This document shows, piece after piece, positions 1 through 11,812 of a stretch of 33,209 nt of DNA (within the stretch, counting starts at the first letter, position 1; each line of letters opens with the position of its first letter). The DNA is from Hydrurus foetidus (lineage: Eukaryota). The translations under genes were made by a program, and so were the position numbers. The notes under the pieces were generated by a model, which searched no databases, had not been told where the DNA came from, and worked only from the letters and a program-made list of their open reading frames with translations. Location of the stretch: NCBI GenBank assembly GCA_900617105.1, contig UYFQ01000385.1, positions 1 to 33,209 of the forward strand, given 5' to 3'.

Positions 1-90
1 CTGAGTGCGTAAAAAAGAACATTCTTCAGAACTTTCGTCAGAACCAGCAACACAAGACACCGTGACACAAGATGAATTGCAACGTGCAAA

Positions 91-176
91 ATGACATGCA
101 TTTGATAACATGCATCAGATAACATGCATTAGATAACACTCATTAGATAACATGCATTAGATAAGACGCATTGATA
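91..176. repeat. Short tandem repeat, about 6 imperfect copies of a ~14-bp unit (AGATAACATGCATT), probably intronic
   Basis: Repeated gataacatgcatca/gataacatgcatta units are directly visible. Confidence 0.85.
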
Positions 177-311
177 GAGCAGTAATTGTTCCTAAGGACA
201 TCGTCTAATCTTTCCTACAGCTTGTCAACTGCGGCTATTTCCCTCTTTTATTCCTGTAATTATTCCCAATCTTATTTCTACACCTAATTAATGTGTTCGC
301 ATCATATATAG

Positions 312-969
312 GTATTGGGGAGCTCTTCCACACATCTCCCACAGTGCCTCACTACCCCGGTAACAAGAGTAAAGGGAAGATGGAAGTAGGACACATATTC
401 ACGATAGAACCGATGATCAATATCGGGAGGGCCAAAGACGGACTGTGGCCCGATGGTTAGTAACTGCTCCCCATCACATTTCCTCTACACATCACAAAGC
501 GAAAAACAATGCGACAAGACATAGTAAGCAATCATGGCATCCCTGCACCTCATCCTACAGAGCGAGTCTCTTTTTTCACTGTACGCGACATAACAGAACA
601 TAATGCTGAATCGCGGAAATGGTATTTGTGCACTCACCCACCTTACCTCATGTCGTCTCTCCTCTCCTCTTCTCTACACAGCACAACACGACAGCACATG
701 GTGCCCTCATAGTAGCTACACTTCTGCATCCCTGCACTTTTTCTCACTCTACTCAATCACTTCATCTTCCTTCATTCTACTACTTCAACTCGCACTCCTT
801 CACCAATCATCATCATCTAGGATGGACCGCTGTCACCATGGACGGATCACGATCGGCTCAATTCGAACACACTATGCTTGTTACAGAAACAGGGTGCGAG
901 TTGCTGACTGTTAGAGCAGGAGAGCCCTCTGACAGACTTGTTTGGAATGCTGACACGTGGAAGAGGTAG
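312..969 (+). CDS. METAP1: Methionine aminopeptidase type 1, last two exons (312-455, 821-969); 5' part lies outside the window
   Basis: Spliced translation [37 protein letters not shown]...[28 protein letters not shown] carries the MetAP1 FTIEPMIN and SAQFEHT metal-site motifs; GT-AG intron 456-820. Confidence 0.93.
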
Positions 970-1905
970 AGGTGGGTTTGGGTGGAAGGCTGTCGAATGG
1001 AAGAGGTGGAGATGGACGAAGAGGTGGGATTGTTTGCAATGCTGGCATGTGTCAAGGGTTAAGGTGGAGAGAGAATAGAGAGGCAGATGTGAATTGCCAT
1101 CGGGGAGCTTTCTGTTGGAATGGAATGGAACCATTTCTAATTTCATTGTTGTCCACTGATATCTGGAGGAATCCAATCATAGCCTGTTCATTTTCTTTCA
1201 GTTACGCTACATGCAACTTCACGTGGGAATGCAGTGATGTAACTAATTAAATCATAGCATTTCTTCACAGCTGTCATTTTCTGATGAAGTGATCAGGCCT
1301 GCATATATCCTATCCACACCACACTTATTATTCGAGACCAGGAAGATGTGAACTTCTCCATGCAACGCAGTTTACAATTAGAGCACTTGATATCAAAAAA
1401 ATCCATCATATGAGATAGAGGAATAAATCGGGTCGCACGCTTCATGTGCCAAAATGAAAAAGTACGGGGAGGGGGGTGAGAACGGTAATGACCGTTGGAG
1501 TCCGCTGGTACGGGTGGGGCGGGGTGGTGGGTGATGATGCGGTCAAAATTGTATGAGTAGGAAGTACGTACGTGCAAAGTAGTAGGCAGCAAGTTGCTGA
1601 ATTAATAAGAGCGTTTGTGTATGTGTATGTGTTGTAAACGTCCATCCATTGGGGCTGCGATATTGTAATTCATTGTATTGTACTGAATTGTATAGCATTA
1701 TTGTTGTTGTTTTGTTTCTTGTCTTATGCAACCAACTCACATGAACAAACTAAAAGAGAACAGACCAGCGCAGCGCCTGAGACACAATGATAAGGATGAT
1801 GACGGTGGTGAAGGGATATCGGGATGAATCTGATAGATTGAACAGCTCCGCTTATCCATCTAGTAACAGCTCTTCTTCAGTTCTATGTTCGTTGCCCAGA
1901 GTTGC

Positions 1906-3067
1906 CTAGTAGGCGGGGATGGCGCTTGCAGAGCTTCTGTACCATTCAACGAACTCGGCTTCGCTGATCTGTCCAGACCCGTCCTTATCGAGTATGAACA
2001 GCGCAGTCTCCATCTCGAAGCGATTCATGACTGTGCCGAGGGAGGCGCATAGCTGCAAGTGTGACATATATAGGAAGATGTTAGCACGGTGCTACATTCA
2101 CTGTCACGATGTGAGAGGCATGACACTGACATTCTAAGTCACTCCTTACGCAATAGATACAACACGAACACATACCTCGGAAAATTCCTTCGTATCCAGG
2201 TGGGCATCTTTGTTGTGGTCGAAATCTCTAAATTTCTTCACGAGAATAGCCTCCGAATATTTGGCATTGTGCAGCTCGTTCAGCGCACTGTACGCATTGC
2301 GACAGCTGTAGTGGATGACGCCTCCAACAATCATGAGAAAGATGCCAGCAACGAGATTGATTATGCTTCCCTTCGATACGATCAGAATACCGACAAAGAA
2401 ATAGAATGCCGCACGCCCGCATGGAGTTGCCAGAAAGTGTGCTTCCCTTTTTATAATATCGACATTTCTTTTCATGAAGACTTGGTCTTTGTACTCCAAG
2501 CAAATCGATAGCACCCCGAAACATAAAATGTAGATGTCCAGACAAGCGCTGAACGGATTTAGGCTGAAGATAGCATTCAAAAAACCGAAAATACTTGTGA
2601 TTATCATTAAGCAACCGCAGGCCATCCCAGCGAGTTTCCACGTCCAGTCGCCCTCTTCAACGTACCTGTCAGATAGATAGCGATAAGTGTTTGATTAAAA
2701 CCAATAAGTGGAGAACATCATTTGTGGACGCTGATACTTCATAGAAATGGCGTTTACCGTAGTCTTAGAGTTTGTTTAGCCTGTGCGGGTATATGATTTA
2801 GTGATAGAAATTCATGGACTAAACAATCAAAACGGCTTACTTTCTGATGATCAGAGCTTCTTTGGTTGCATATTCCATCGCACTAGTAACTCCTTTTATT
2901 CACAATTGTATATGTGGTCGATCATAGGTCAGACAGCATAACAATAGCAAGAAGTCGTTTAGACAGGACAGCCTACCTGAGGAGGCAAGTTTCTGAGCTG
3001 ATTCTTCATCGATTTTAGAGCCCGTAACTGCACCATAAGCGGAAGATAATGGAGTGGCTCCGAACAT
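1906..3067 (-). CDS. COPI-associated/TVP15-like multi-pass membrane protein with two C-terminal EF-hands; exons about 3067-2977, 2892-2841, 2666-2176, 2052-1906
   Basis: Exons join in frame across GT-AG introns; hydrophobic core with 'FLATPCGRAAFYFFVG' typical of COPI_assoc family; EF-hand loops DHNKDAHLDTKE and DKDGSGQISEAE. Confidence 0.8.
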
Positions 3068-4047
3068 AGTAAACAGCAGTCAGCGCTTCTTGGTATTTAA
3101 AGTTACGTAATTGTTTATAATACAAAGTAGACATCACTGAGCTGTTGTGAAACGCTCGAAGAAAGTCGGCAAGGAATCATTCCACTCCAGAATTTTGGAA
3201 TCTGGTTGGGAGGGGTCGGATGTTGGACGGATACTGGGGTCGGATCGGGAGGTCATCCAATTGGTTGCATATTCCATCGCACTAGTAACTCCTTTTATTC
3301 ACAATTGTATATGTGGTCGATCATAGGTCAGACAGCATAACAATAGCAAGAAGTCGTTTAGACAGGACAGCCTACCTGAGGAGGCAAGTTTCTGAGCTGA
3401 TTCTTCATCGATTTTAGAGCCCGTAACTGCACCATAAGCGGAAGATAATGGAGTGGCTCCGAACATAGTAAACAGTAGTCGGCGCTTCTTGGTATTTAAA
3501 GTTACGTAATTGTTTATAATACAAAGTAGACATCACTGAGCTGTTGTGAAACGCTCGAAGAAAGTCGGCAAGGAATCATTCCACTCCAGAATTTTGGAAT
3601 CTGGTTGGGAGGGGTCGGATGTTGGACGGATACTGGGGTCGGATCGGGAGGTCATCCAATTGGTTGCATATTCCATCGCACTAGTAACTCCTTTTATTCA
3701 CAATTGTATATGTGGTCGATCATAGGTCAGACAGCATAACAATAGCAAGAAGTCGTTTAGACAGGACAGCCTACCTGAGGAGGCAAGTTTCTGAGCTGAT
3801 TCTTCATCGATTTTAGAGCCCGTAACTGCACCATAAGCGGAAGATAATGGAGTGGCTCCGAACATAGTAAACAGCAGTCAGCGCTTCTTGGTATTTAAAG
3901 TTACGTAATTGTTTATGATACACAGTAGACATCACTGAGCTGTTGTGAAACGCTCGAAGAAAGTCGGCAAGGAATCATTCCACTCCAGAATTTTGGAATC
4001 TGGTTGGGAGGGGTCGGATGTTGGACGGATACTGGGGTCGGATCGGG
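2862..4047. repeat. Three near-identical tandem copies of a 399-bp unit (2862-3260, 3261-3659, 3660-4047) containing upstream region, exon 1, intron 1 and part of exon 2 of the COPI-associated gene
   Basis: ttggttgcatattccatcgc recurs at 2862, 3261, 3660; only a few substitutions between copies. Confidence 0.97.
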
Positions 4048-4491
4048 GGGATCTCAGGTCCCAGGCTCATCAGCTAGATCTTGAAGGCTTTTAAATATAA
4101 CGTGCAACTAAAATCTGGAAATTGTAACTATTCTATGGAATCGCAACTTTAAATCTGAAATCACCACTATTAACCAATCTGTAACTTTTTCTAACAAAAA
4201 GAAACTTTTTATCACAACTACAACTATTTCTGTTAAGGACAGCTATTTTTGTGAAGGACAACTATTTCTGTTATAAACAACTTTTTCTGTTGTAATGCAA
4301 CTTTTTTTATAGAAACAGCACTATTTTGCGCTTGGAACAGTCGTTTTATTGAGAAGCTGAATTCTTCATGGGATGGATATCATGTCAATCAGTGTCAGCT
4401 TTGCCATTAACATGTGACTTTCCCTTTTGTAAATTGACTTTATCATGGACAATTTCAACTTAATTAAATTACTGCAGTGTAGAGTCAATAA

Positions 4492-5006
4492 TCAACATTC
4501 GACAAATTCAGCAGCGAGATCGGCGCCCACTCCATCGAGCTGTATCGCAGCATGAGGTTCAAGGAGGATTGCAGCTTCCTGCTGTGGATGCTGTGGTGGG
4601 GTGTCTAAGGCAAATGCCATCCGCTCCCATGCAGGAGCAGCAAGTGGCTTCCGACCTCGTCTTCTTCTCCGTCCTAGTAGCTGGACCTGCGCTGCATTCG
4701 GTGGAACAAGAGTCCTTTTCATCATCGCTACTCCCAATGAATGCACGCATGTGAATTCTTTCGCGTTTGCGCTGCACGTACAGTTGTGAATTCAGGACGT
4801 GTTTCATCATGATGCAATATACATACATTGAAGAACATTGATGTGCTCGTCAAATGTATCCCAGGCACAATTCTCAAAAGTGGTCGTACATTAGCCTTAG
4901 CACCAGTTAGATCACCTCTAACACCGCAGCCAAGCGACGTATATATTCAGGAGTGGCACGAACAATCTGCTTGATGTACTTTATCCATGCGTTTGCAATA
5001 AGTTGT
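4492..5006 (-). pseudogene. MULE transposase C-terminal part, separated from the core by the Gypsy insertion; several small frameshifting deletions
   Basis: SWIM-type zinc finger NCTCSANAKEFTCVHSLG followed by basic RRRRRGRKP motif, as is typical at MULE transposase C-termini. Confidence 0.8.
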
Positions 5007-5214
5007 TGTGGTCGGGCAAATGTAGAAAGGGGGGCGAGAGGAGGTAGGCTTAGTTACAGGTGTCTAGGCTAGAAGCTAGTTAACTTCTAAGTGGACGCTG
5101 TAGATGGCTACGACGATACGACAGCCTAACTGTAGTGTACAGTAGTAGTACCCGGTAGGATCCGGTAGAGTCGGTACCCGGTAGGATCGGGACCCTGGAC
5201 CCGGTACTATCACA
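5007..5214 (-). repeat. 3' LTR (208 bp)
   Basis: tgtggtcggg...actatcaca; direct repeat of 11605-11812. Confidence 0.97.
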
Positions 5215-5241
5215 TTACCCCCACTTATCTTTCTTTCTTTC
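5215..5241 (-). other. Polypurine tract
   Basis: Minus strand GAAAGAAAGAAAGATAAGTGGGGGTAA immediately precedes the 3' LTR. Confidence 0.85.
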
Positions 5242-5583
5242 GAAAAAAATCTAAGCTAAATCTAAACTAAATCGAAACCCCCGTTTCTTTGCAAAACTTA
5301 TTATATAACTTAATCGAAAAAGAAAATATACAAAAATTTACAAAATCGAAAATATGAAACAAAATAAAAGTGAACATAAAAAGTTTTACAAAAGAAAAAT
5401 TGGAGAAACTTGGGGTTCGATGTCGAAAGATAAGGTGGGGTTGTACAAAAACAGTAGAGTACTGTTGTACGAGGGTCGAAAACGTAATTATGTCAGATTT
5501 TTACTGACTAAAAAACCATAAAAATCCCTTAGAAAAGGGCAAAAATTAGGCTAAAAAATCTTCAAAAGATAATACGTTCGAAC

Positions 5584-8500
5584 TCAAACCTCATCGGTTG
5601 ATCCCTCAAGATTCTTGGGAATAAAACGTGACATGTTATTATTCCTCAAGTATACATGGAGTGCATCACAGAGCCGGAGATTCTTCCAAGGCTCCCATGT
5701 ATTATGTGAGTTATCATAGTTGAGCCATTTAACATGGAACGACATGGATGTCGGTTTCTTTGAATCACCAGTGTGACTAAGAACTTTCTCAACGAAATAC
5801 TCCATGTAATCGCGACGTGCTGTATCAGCAGGTATGCCCAGCGATGGGTCATAATTGAAAATCTTAAGATTCTTCACATGTACACTATTGTGCTTGTGTG
5901 TAATTAAGTTCGCGAGAACATACTCGGATCCCTCAAGGGAGACAACACGGAAAGGACCTTTCCACTTTGTGTGTAATCGAGTAGGAGGGTGTTCCTGTTT
6001 TACAAGAACATATGACCCTATGGGGAACACTGTCACACCTTGTGTGGACTTTTTGTGTTTGTCATCACATTTCTGAAGAGAACCGATTGCTGCATCGAGG
6101 ACCTTGTCCTGTATATCGATGAGATCTGTGATGTATGTTGAATTCGAAGATGTCAACGTTGGTAATAGATGAGGTGTCAAAATACCCCGATTCAAATCAA
6201 GTTTATTGCCGAATAAAATCGAAGCAGGACTTGCATTTGTTCGTCGATTAACTGAACTGTTAATGATACGTTGAACGAATGGTATGCATTTAGCATAGTG
6301 TTCAAGAGATGGTGTATCAAACACGAGACCGCGTAAGTGTCTATTCACTTCTTTGTTGACCCTTTCTACAATGGCATTCTCTTGTGAGGAATAAGCCAAA
6401 GTGAGATTATGGGGTGTCCCCGTAAGGTCTAAGAACTCTTTAATGAGATCATTAGCGAAGTGGGATCCTCGATCGGATCTAATCATATTTGGCGATCCGA
6501 ATCGACCAAAATGAGTCAGTAAGCATTCACATGCAGACTGAGCCGTAGCATCCTTACACCAGAACATTTCTGTCCATCTGGAGAAGGTGTCGATTATGAC
6601 AAGGATATACCCTTTATCAGGGAATGGGCCAATATAATCGATATTTAATGTATCGAAAATAGCATGCGTTGAAGTTGAAAAATGAGCAGCGCTGATATTT
6701 GTATCAACTGCGCTCAATTTCTGACAGCATGGGCAGTTTCGTATGAACGAGCGTACGTGCTGTTTCATATTTTTCCACACGTGGTTAAGACTAAAGAGTC
6801 GAGTGAGGGTACGGTCGACACCGTTGTGACCAACAATTGCATTGTGGCACATTTGAATGTAAACATTCTGTTCATCTGTCGGCGGTTCAATAACCGTTAA
6901 AGCCGAAACTGCAGAAGATGACGATGAAGAAGATGATGGTGGAGTATCACCCTCGGACCTGATTGTCTTAGGCAGAGCAATTTCGGTAAGGTTTGGACAT
7001 AACCGTGACAGAGCATCGGCAAGTTCATTATCTGTCCCTTTGACAAAGTGTACGGTAAAATCAAGTTCTTGCATTGCAATGAACCACCGTGTTACCATTG
7101 AGGTAGGGTTTTGTTTCATATAAGTCAAATTCATATGATCCGTATGAATAGTGAACTTACGGTCTCGAATGAGATAATCGAGTTGTTGGCAACAGAAAAA
7201 GATAGCATAAGCTTCTTTCTGTATTGTCGACCAATTAATTTGTGTTGCCGAGAGAGATTTGCTGATGAAGGCAATTGGTCTCCACACGGTGTCGACAATT
7301 TGGAAGAGTACACCACCGATGCCATAATCGGATGCATCAGTATATAATCTGATGGGTGAATCATCATTGATGAAGTACATTAAAGGACAACGCGATACCG
7401 CGATTTTAGTCTCATTAAATGCTAAAGTCCCCTCGGGGGTCCAATATATGGGGAACGTTTAAGTGCCTTTGGGTCCACCATCATTTGAAGTGGTTTGACA
7501 ATGTCCGAATGAAACGGTACAAATTGACGAAAGTAGTTGGCTAAGCCAAGAAATCCACGAAGGGATGTTACTTCTTTAGGAAGAGGGAAGTTGAGTACTG
7601 TCTCAATCTTTTCTTTAGACATGGATAAACCATCTTTGTCTATGACTCGTCCCACGTATTCGATACGTTTGAGACCGAATCTGCATTTCTTTGCTTTGAG
7701 CTTAAGATTTTTAAGGCGAAATCTTTCAAAAACGCTGCGCAGATTCTTGAGAAACTCTGCTTCGCCCCGGCCATATACGATACAGTCATCGAGATACATC
7801 TCGCAACAGCGGTATATAAGACCGTAAAGGACCATTGTCACCATCTGCTCTTGAAAGTAAGAGGGGGCTCGACAAGGGCCAAAAGGCAATCTCGTGAACT
7901 GAAACACCCCCATGAAACATATAAATGCGGTATAGATTCGGTGGGGTGTGTACAGAGGTGCTTGGTGGTAACCCGCGGTTAAATCCATCACTCCGTAAAT
8001 ATCCGGTTTTTTATTACCGATCCTCTCAAAGAGGTGTTTGATATTGGGTAGGGGAAAGGAGGCCGGCTCAATGCATTCATTGAGTGCACGATAGTCGATG
8101 CAGGTTCGATACGTATCGGCTGTCTTATTTACCATTACAGGATGACTGTAGTATGCAGCGTTCGACCTCTCGATCACACCATCCTCCAGCATCTCTTCAA
8201 TTGAAGTGCGGAGGTAATGTTCCTTTTAGAGGATTGTGGGCGCACTGGTGTGCGGTTCGATGGAACCTCCCATTTTTGCCTAGGCAAATTGATCTCAAAC
8301 GGTTTGAGGTGTGCAGCTTGCGGGGCTAGCTTATCACTGAAAATATCAGCGAATTCTGAACAGAGAGTACGCAAATCCTTCTGAAGGCTTTCATCTCCCT
8401 CAAAATGGATTTGTGACAAAAATCATCCGGCCCATTGGGCGGTACATTTCGGCACGTCTTGTCACGCAAGAAAGGTGCGAAAGTGTCAGTCTTGTCATTG

Positions 8501-9660
8501 TCAATCTCGTCAACGGAGAGTGCGACACCGCTTGGCCATACGGCTTCCACGTCATAGTCTGATGTAACAGAGTCCCCAGAGGTATGTGTGAGGGTGGGAA
8601 TCGAGTCACCACCTAGGTGCGGGGTATCACCCGTACGTTTTGCGAGTCTAGTCGTGACACTAGCCAGTCGCTCACAACCCACATCACCACATGGACTTTG
8701 GGTCATGACTCCCTCGGAACCAACCTGGGTAACGCTACACGTGAACGTTGCATGACAACCTGACCCCACGACTTCCTTGGTTAAAGGTGCGTGCAAAATG
8801 GCCTTCTTTGGTTTTGGCTTCGGGCAAAGGCCGTATGGTTCTCTTTTCAGAGCGAGTTTCGTCTGTGTGATTCCCTTCAACAAGTCATATGTTGGGGTAA
8901 TCGACTCTACCTCTGGTTCTTCGGGTTGGAATCCCTCCGATATCATACGCCTGGTGTATTTGCTCCAGTGAAGTGGGTCAAGCTTTGTTATTGCTTCCCT
9001 TTCTTCAAATTCGCGCCAACGAATATCCCTTTTCCTTTTGTTCTCCGCACTGAGCTCAGGAGAGATACCAAAAGCAAAAGGTGTTAATGACATAAAATCA
9101 TATTTATTTACAGTGTTGCGACTTAACAAAAGTTCAATATCTGTATTCCGATTAACTCGCAAGGTTAAAAGGATTTTGTGACATTCGCCATCATAAGAAT
9201 GAAATTGGAGAGTCAAATTAATAATTTCGTTATTTATATAGCAATGGCCATCAAGACCAGAGCAAACAGTTATGGCTTTAGGAGCCTCATAACAGAGATG
9301 CATAGCATTTAGTTTTTGAATCATAATGAAAGAAATAAAATCCTCTGAATAATTGGCGGTGTCCAACACGGCCTTGCCCACAATGCGTCGTACGCTAGTC
9401 TGGTTATCCGTATCCTTATCCTGTACCGAAACAGTAACGTTTAAGTAATTAGAAGGAAGGGTAGACGGGTCATGCAAATATTCATCTTGAATAAGCGTTG
9501 GAAGTGTATCGACATGTGAAATGAACGACACAACATCCGGTAGGTTTAAAATGTCAGATGAATCAACATCATAATCATTTATACCTTGATTTTGTCCCGC
9601 TGAATCGGAAGACGAGTTGGGTCCCCCCTGGGGTGGGTTGTATTTACCCCCACGGGGTTT
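5584..9660 (-). CDS. pol: Pol polyprotein (protease, RT, RNase H, integrase, chromodomain), split by three single-base frameshifts in this sequence
   Basis: PR LDTA; RT CIDYRALN, LPFG, YLDD; RH TDASDYGIG, DALSR; IN H-x5-H...CPCC, DYIGP, SDRGSHF, ERVN, KWKGPF; chromodomain YFVEKVL...VKWLNY...TWEP. Confidence 0.95.
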
Positions 9661-11030
9661 TTCCCTTGGTAGCCTCTACCAGCATTCTGGTTACCATAAC
9701 CTTGATTTTGGTTACCGCGGTTATTACCTTGGTAACCGGGATTACCCTGGTTGTTTTGGTTACCCTGGTTATTACCTTGGTTACCGCGGTTATTACCTTG
9801 GTTGCCTTGGTTGGGGTTGTTTTGGTTACCCGACCCATGGTTATTCTTTGATTTCTTGTTAGTGAACATCAAGAAGGGAGGGGAACCAGCGGGGTGGTGC
9901 CGCTGACGGTTTTCGTAACCAGGAAGGATTAACCTTTCCTGCCACATGGATTCACCGTTGGCTAACCATGCCTGCCCCACAGCTGATTCAGACCATTGAA
10001 TGGAGTGATCGTTGTTTGTGTCAGTGTAATATAACACAGGGCATGCGGGAAGCATGTGTGCAGGATTGCCACACGAGCGGCAGACTCGAGGAGCCACTGG
10101 GGGTACATCCAATGAGGTACGAACCGCTAGGGTGCTTTTGCCGCTCGGTGGATCCACATCGCGAATCGCGAGTGTACTCTCCCTCTTCTGTGATGCACGT
10201 AGAGGGGGTACTGCGGTACTCGGAAACGAGTAGATGAGATCAGGATTGCCGTAGCTCCTGCTCATTCGAATAGCCTCGCGCGCCGCGGAGACGACAGAGA
10301 TGAGGCGCATCATGGCGGACTCCCATGTAGGAGGTGACTGTGTGTCGACCCTCTTAGACTCAAAGTAGTCTGATTGGATACGACTGCCACGAGCAAGTCG
10401 TTTCTCCAAAATCGATATCAACTCCGACTGTTGGTTGGGAGTGATACGGCGGGTGCGCTCGTAATTGGTTACCAATTCTTTGTACGCCATGTACGTGCTC
10501 AACTCTTCCTCATCGGAATTTAATGAGTAATGAAATGGTACCTTAGCGAAAAGTTCCGCGAGGGTATGATCGGCATGGTCTCGTTGTTTATTCGAGCCAA
10601 AATACTGCATGATTAGTTTCGCAACATAATCAATGTCAAGTATATTCTGCCATTCGAACCTCTGTTCTATTGTCAGAGACGAAGGAGCGGCGTCTGTCAT
10701 AATCTTGACGTGGAGCAAGTCAATCGCTTGACGTTGCATGCATTCATTAATGCGTAAGCGAGGCAGCCGCTGAGCTTGCTCAAAGAAGCTCTCAGCGTCT
10801 TGCGGAGTGATGTAATCGCCTTTTAGGACGAATATCTCTCGCTGCATCTGCATAGTCTGTGGAAACAGTATAGTCTGTGCCACCGAAGACTGTGAGGTTT
10901 GGGTGGCATTTAAAATACCCCCGTCCTCTTCTAGCGCTTCCTCTTCCTCAGTGTCAACCACTGGAGGATGTTCGATGAGGTTACCCTCATCGTCGTAGCG
11001 AGGGTAAGATGCTTCTTCGTCATCGGCCAT
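9579..11030 (-). CDS. gag: Gag-like protein with CCHC zinc knuckle and N/Q/G-rich C-terminal repeat
   Basis: CRSCGNPAHMLPAC fits CX2CX4HX4C; first ORF after the 5' LTR. Confidence 0.88.
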   Translation of the reverse strand: MADDEEASYPRYDDEGNLIEHPPVVDTEEEEALEEDGGILNATQTSQSSVAQTILFPQTMQMQREIFVLKGDYITPQDAESFFEQAQRLPRLRINECMQRQAIDLLHVKIMTDAAPSSLTIEQRFEWQNILDIDYVAKLIMQYFGSNKQRDHADHTLAELFAKVPFHYSLNSDEEELSTYMAYKELVTNYERTRRITPNQQSELISILEKRLARGSRIQSDYFESKRVDTQSPPTWESAMMRLISVVSAAREAIRMSRSYGNPDLIYSFPSTAVPPLRASQKRESTLAIRDVDPPSGKSTLAVRTSLDVPPVAPRVCRSCGNPAHMLPACPVLYYTDTNNDHSIQWSESAVGQAWLANGESMWQERLILPGYENRQRHHPAGSPPFLMFTNKKSKNNHGSGNQNNPNQGNQGNNRGNQGNNQGNQNNQGNPGYQGNNRGNQNQGYGNQNAGRGYQGKNPVGVNTTHPRGDPTRLPIQRDKIKV

Positions 11031-11593
11031 GGTATATGACTTCGAGACGTTATAATTCCGTCAAAGTCTAAGCAACGAAGGGATCTCGGCGTCAAAAAAA
11101 TTTTGCCAGAGCTTCGCCTTGTTAGCTTTGAGGGTACTTTACGCAAGTAACAGCGAATAAGTCGATTTCAACCAACTCTTGTTGAGAAAATCTCTTAGGC
11201 GTGAAAGCCAATTTTTGAGTGGTGAAATTTTTGGTGTCCGTAAAGGATGAAGGAAGTAATTCCCACCAGCCAAAAGAAGTCGTTAGACTAATTTGGTGTC
11301 GTTAGCAATGAATCCAATGTTCAAATTGCAAACCGACGAGTTTGAGAATGTCGAGTGGTGAAGGCTTTCGCGAATTCAACCAACTACGAACTTTGGAGAC
11401 ACCAATAATGGGTTCCAAGAGGAAAGAGGCTAAGCCCAACTTTCGCTAACTTAAAACTAAGTTCTTGGAGCGTAGCTCAGCAAGAATTCGACTCCGCAGA
11501 TGTCGTGAGTAATAATACTCAGGTGGTGGAAGTCGTAACTAAAGTTGGGACGAGTAGAGGGGAATTAGAGGCAGCAGAAAATTTCCCGAGGAT

Positions 11594-11605
11594 AATAGTA
11601 CTATT
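11594..11605 (-). other. 12-bp perfect palindrome AATAGTACTATT at the primer-binding-site position of Gypsy element 1
   Basis: Overlaps the last base of the 5' LTR; no TGG-initiated tRNA-type PBS is present. Confidence 0.85.
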
Positions 11606-11812
11606 GTGGTCGGGCAAATGTAGAAAGGGGGGCGAGAGGAGGTAGGCTTAGTTACAGGTGTCTATACTAGAAGCTAGTTAACTTCTAAGTGGACGCTGTA
11701 GATGGCTACGACGATACGACAGCCCAACTGTAGTGTACAGTAGTAGTACCCGGTAGGATCCGGTAGAGTCGGTACCCGGTAGGATCGGGACCCTGGACCC
11801 GGTACTATCACA
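11605..11812 (-). repeat. 5' LTR (208 bp)
   Basis: Direct repeat of 5007-5214, upstream of gag on the minus strand. Confidence 0.97.

Larger units (their letters stand above)
5007..11812 (-). mobile_element. Full-length Ty3/Gypsy chromodomain LTR retrotransposon nested in the MULE
   Basis: Two 208-bp TG...CA LTRs with 3 mismatches; 5-bp TSD GTTGT (5002-5006) / GTGGT (11813-11817) with one mismatch; gag then PR-RT-RH-IN-chromodomain. Confidence 0.97.

Noticed and set aside
957..1740. Short ORFs between the METAP1 and COPI-associated gene 3' ends
   Set aside because: Low-complexity UTR/intergenic sequence with no motifs
2862..4047. CRISPR-like array
   Set aside because: Units are 399-bp near-identical copies with no unique spacers, in a eukaryotic gene context
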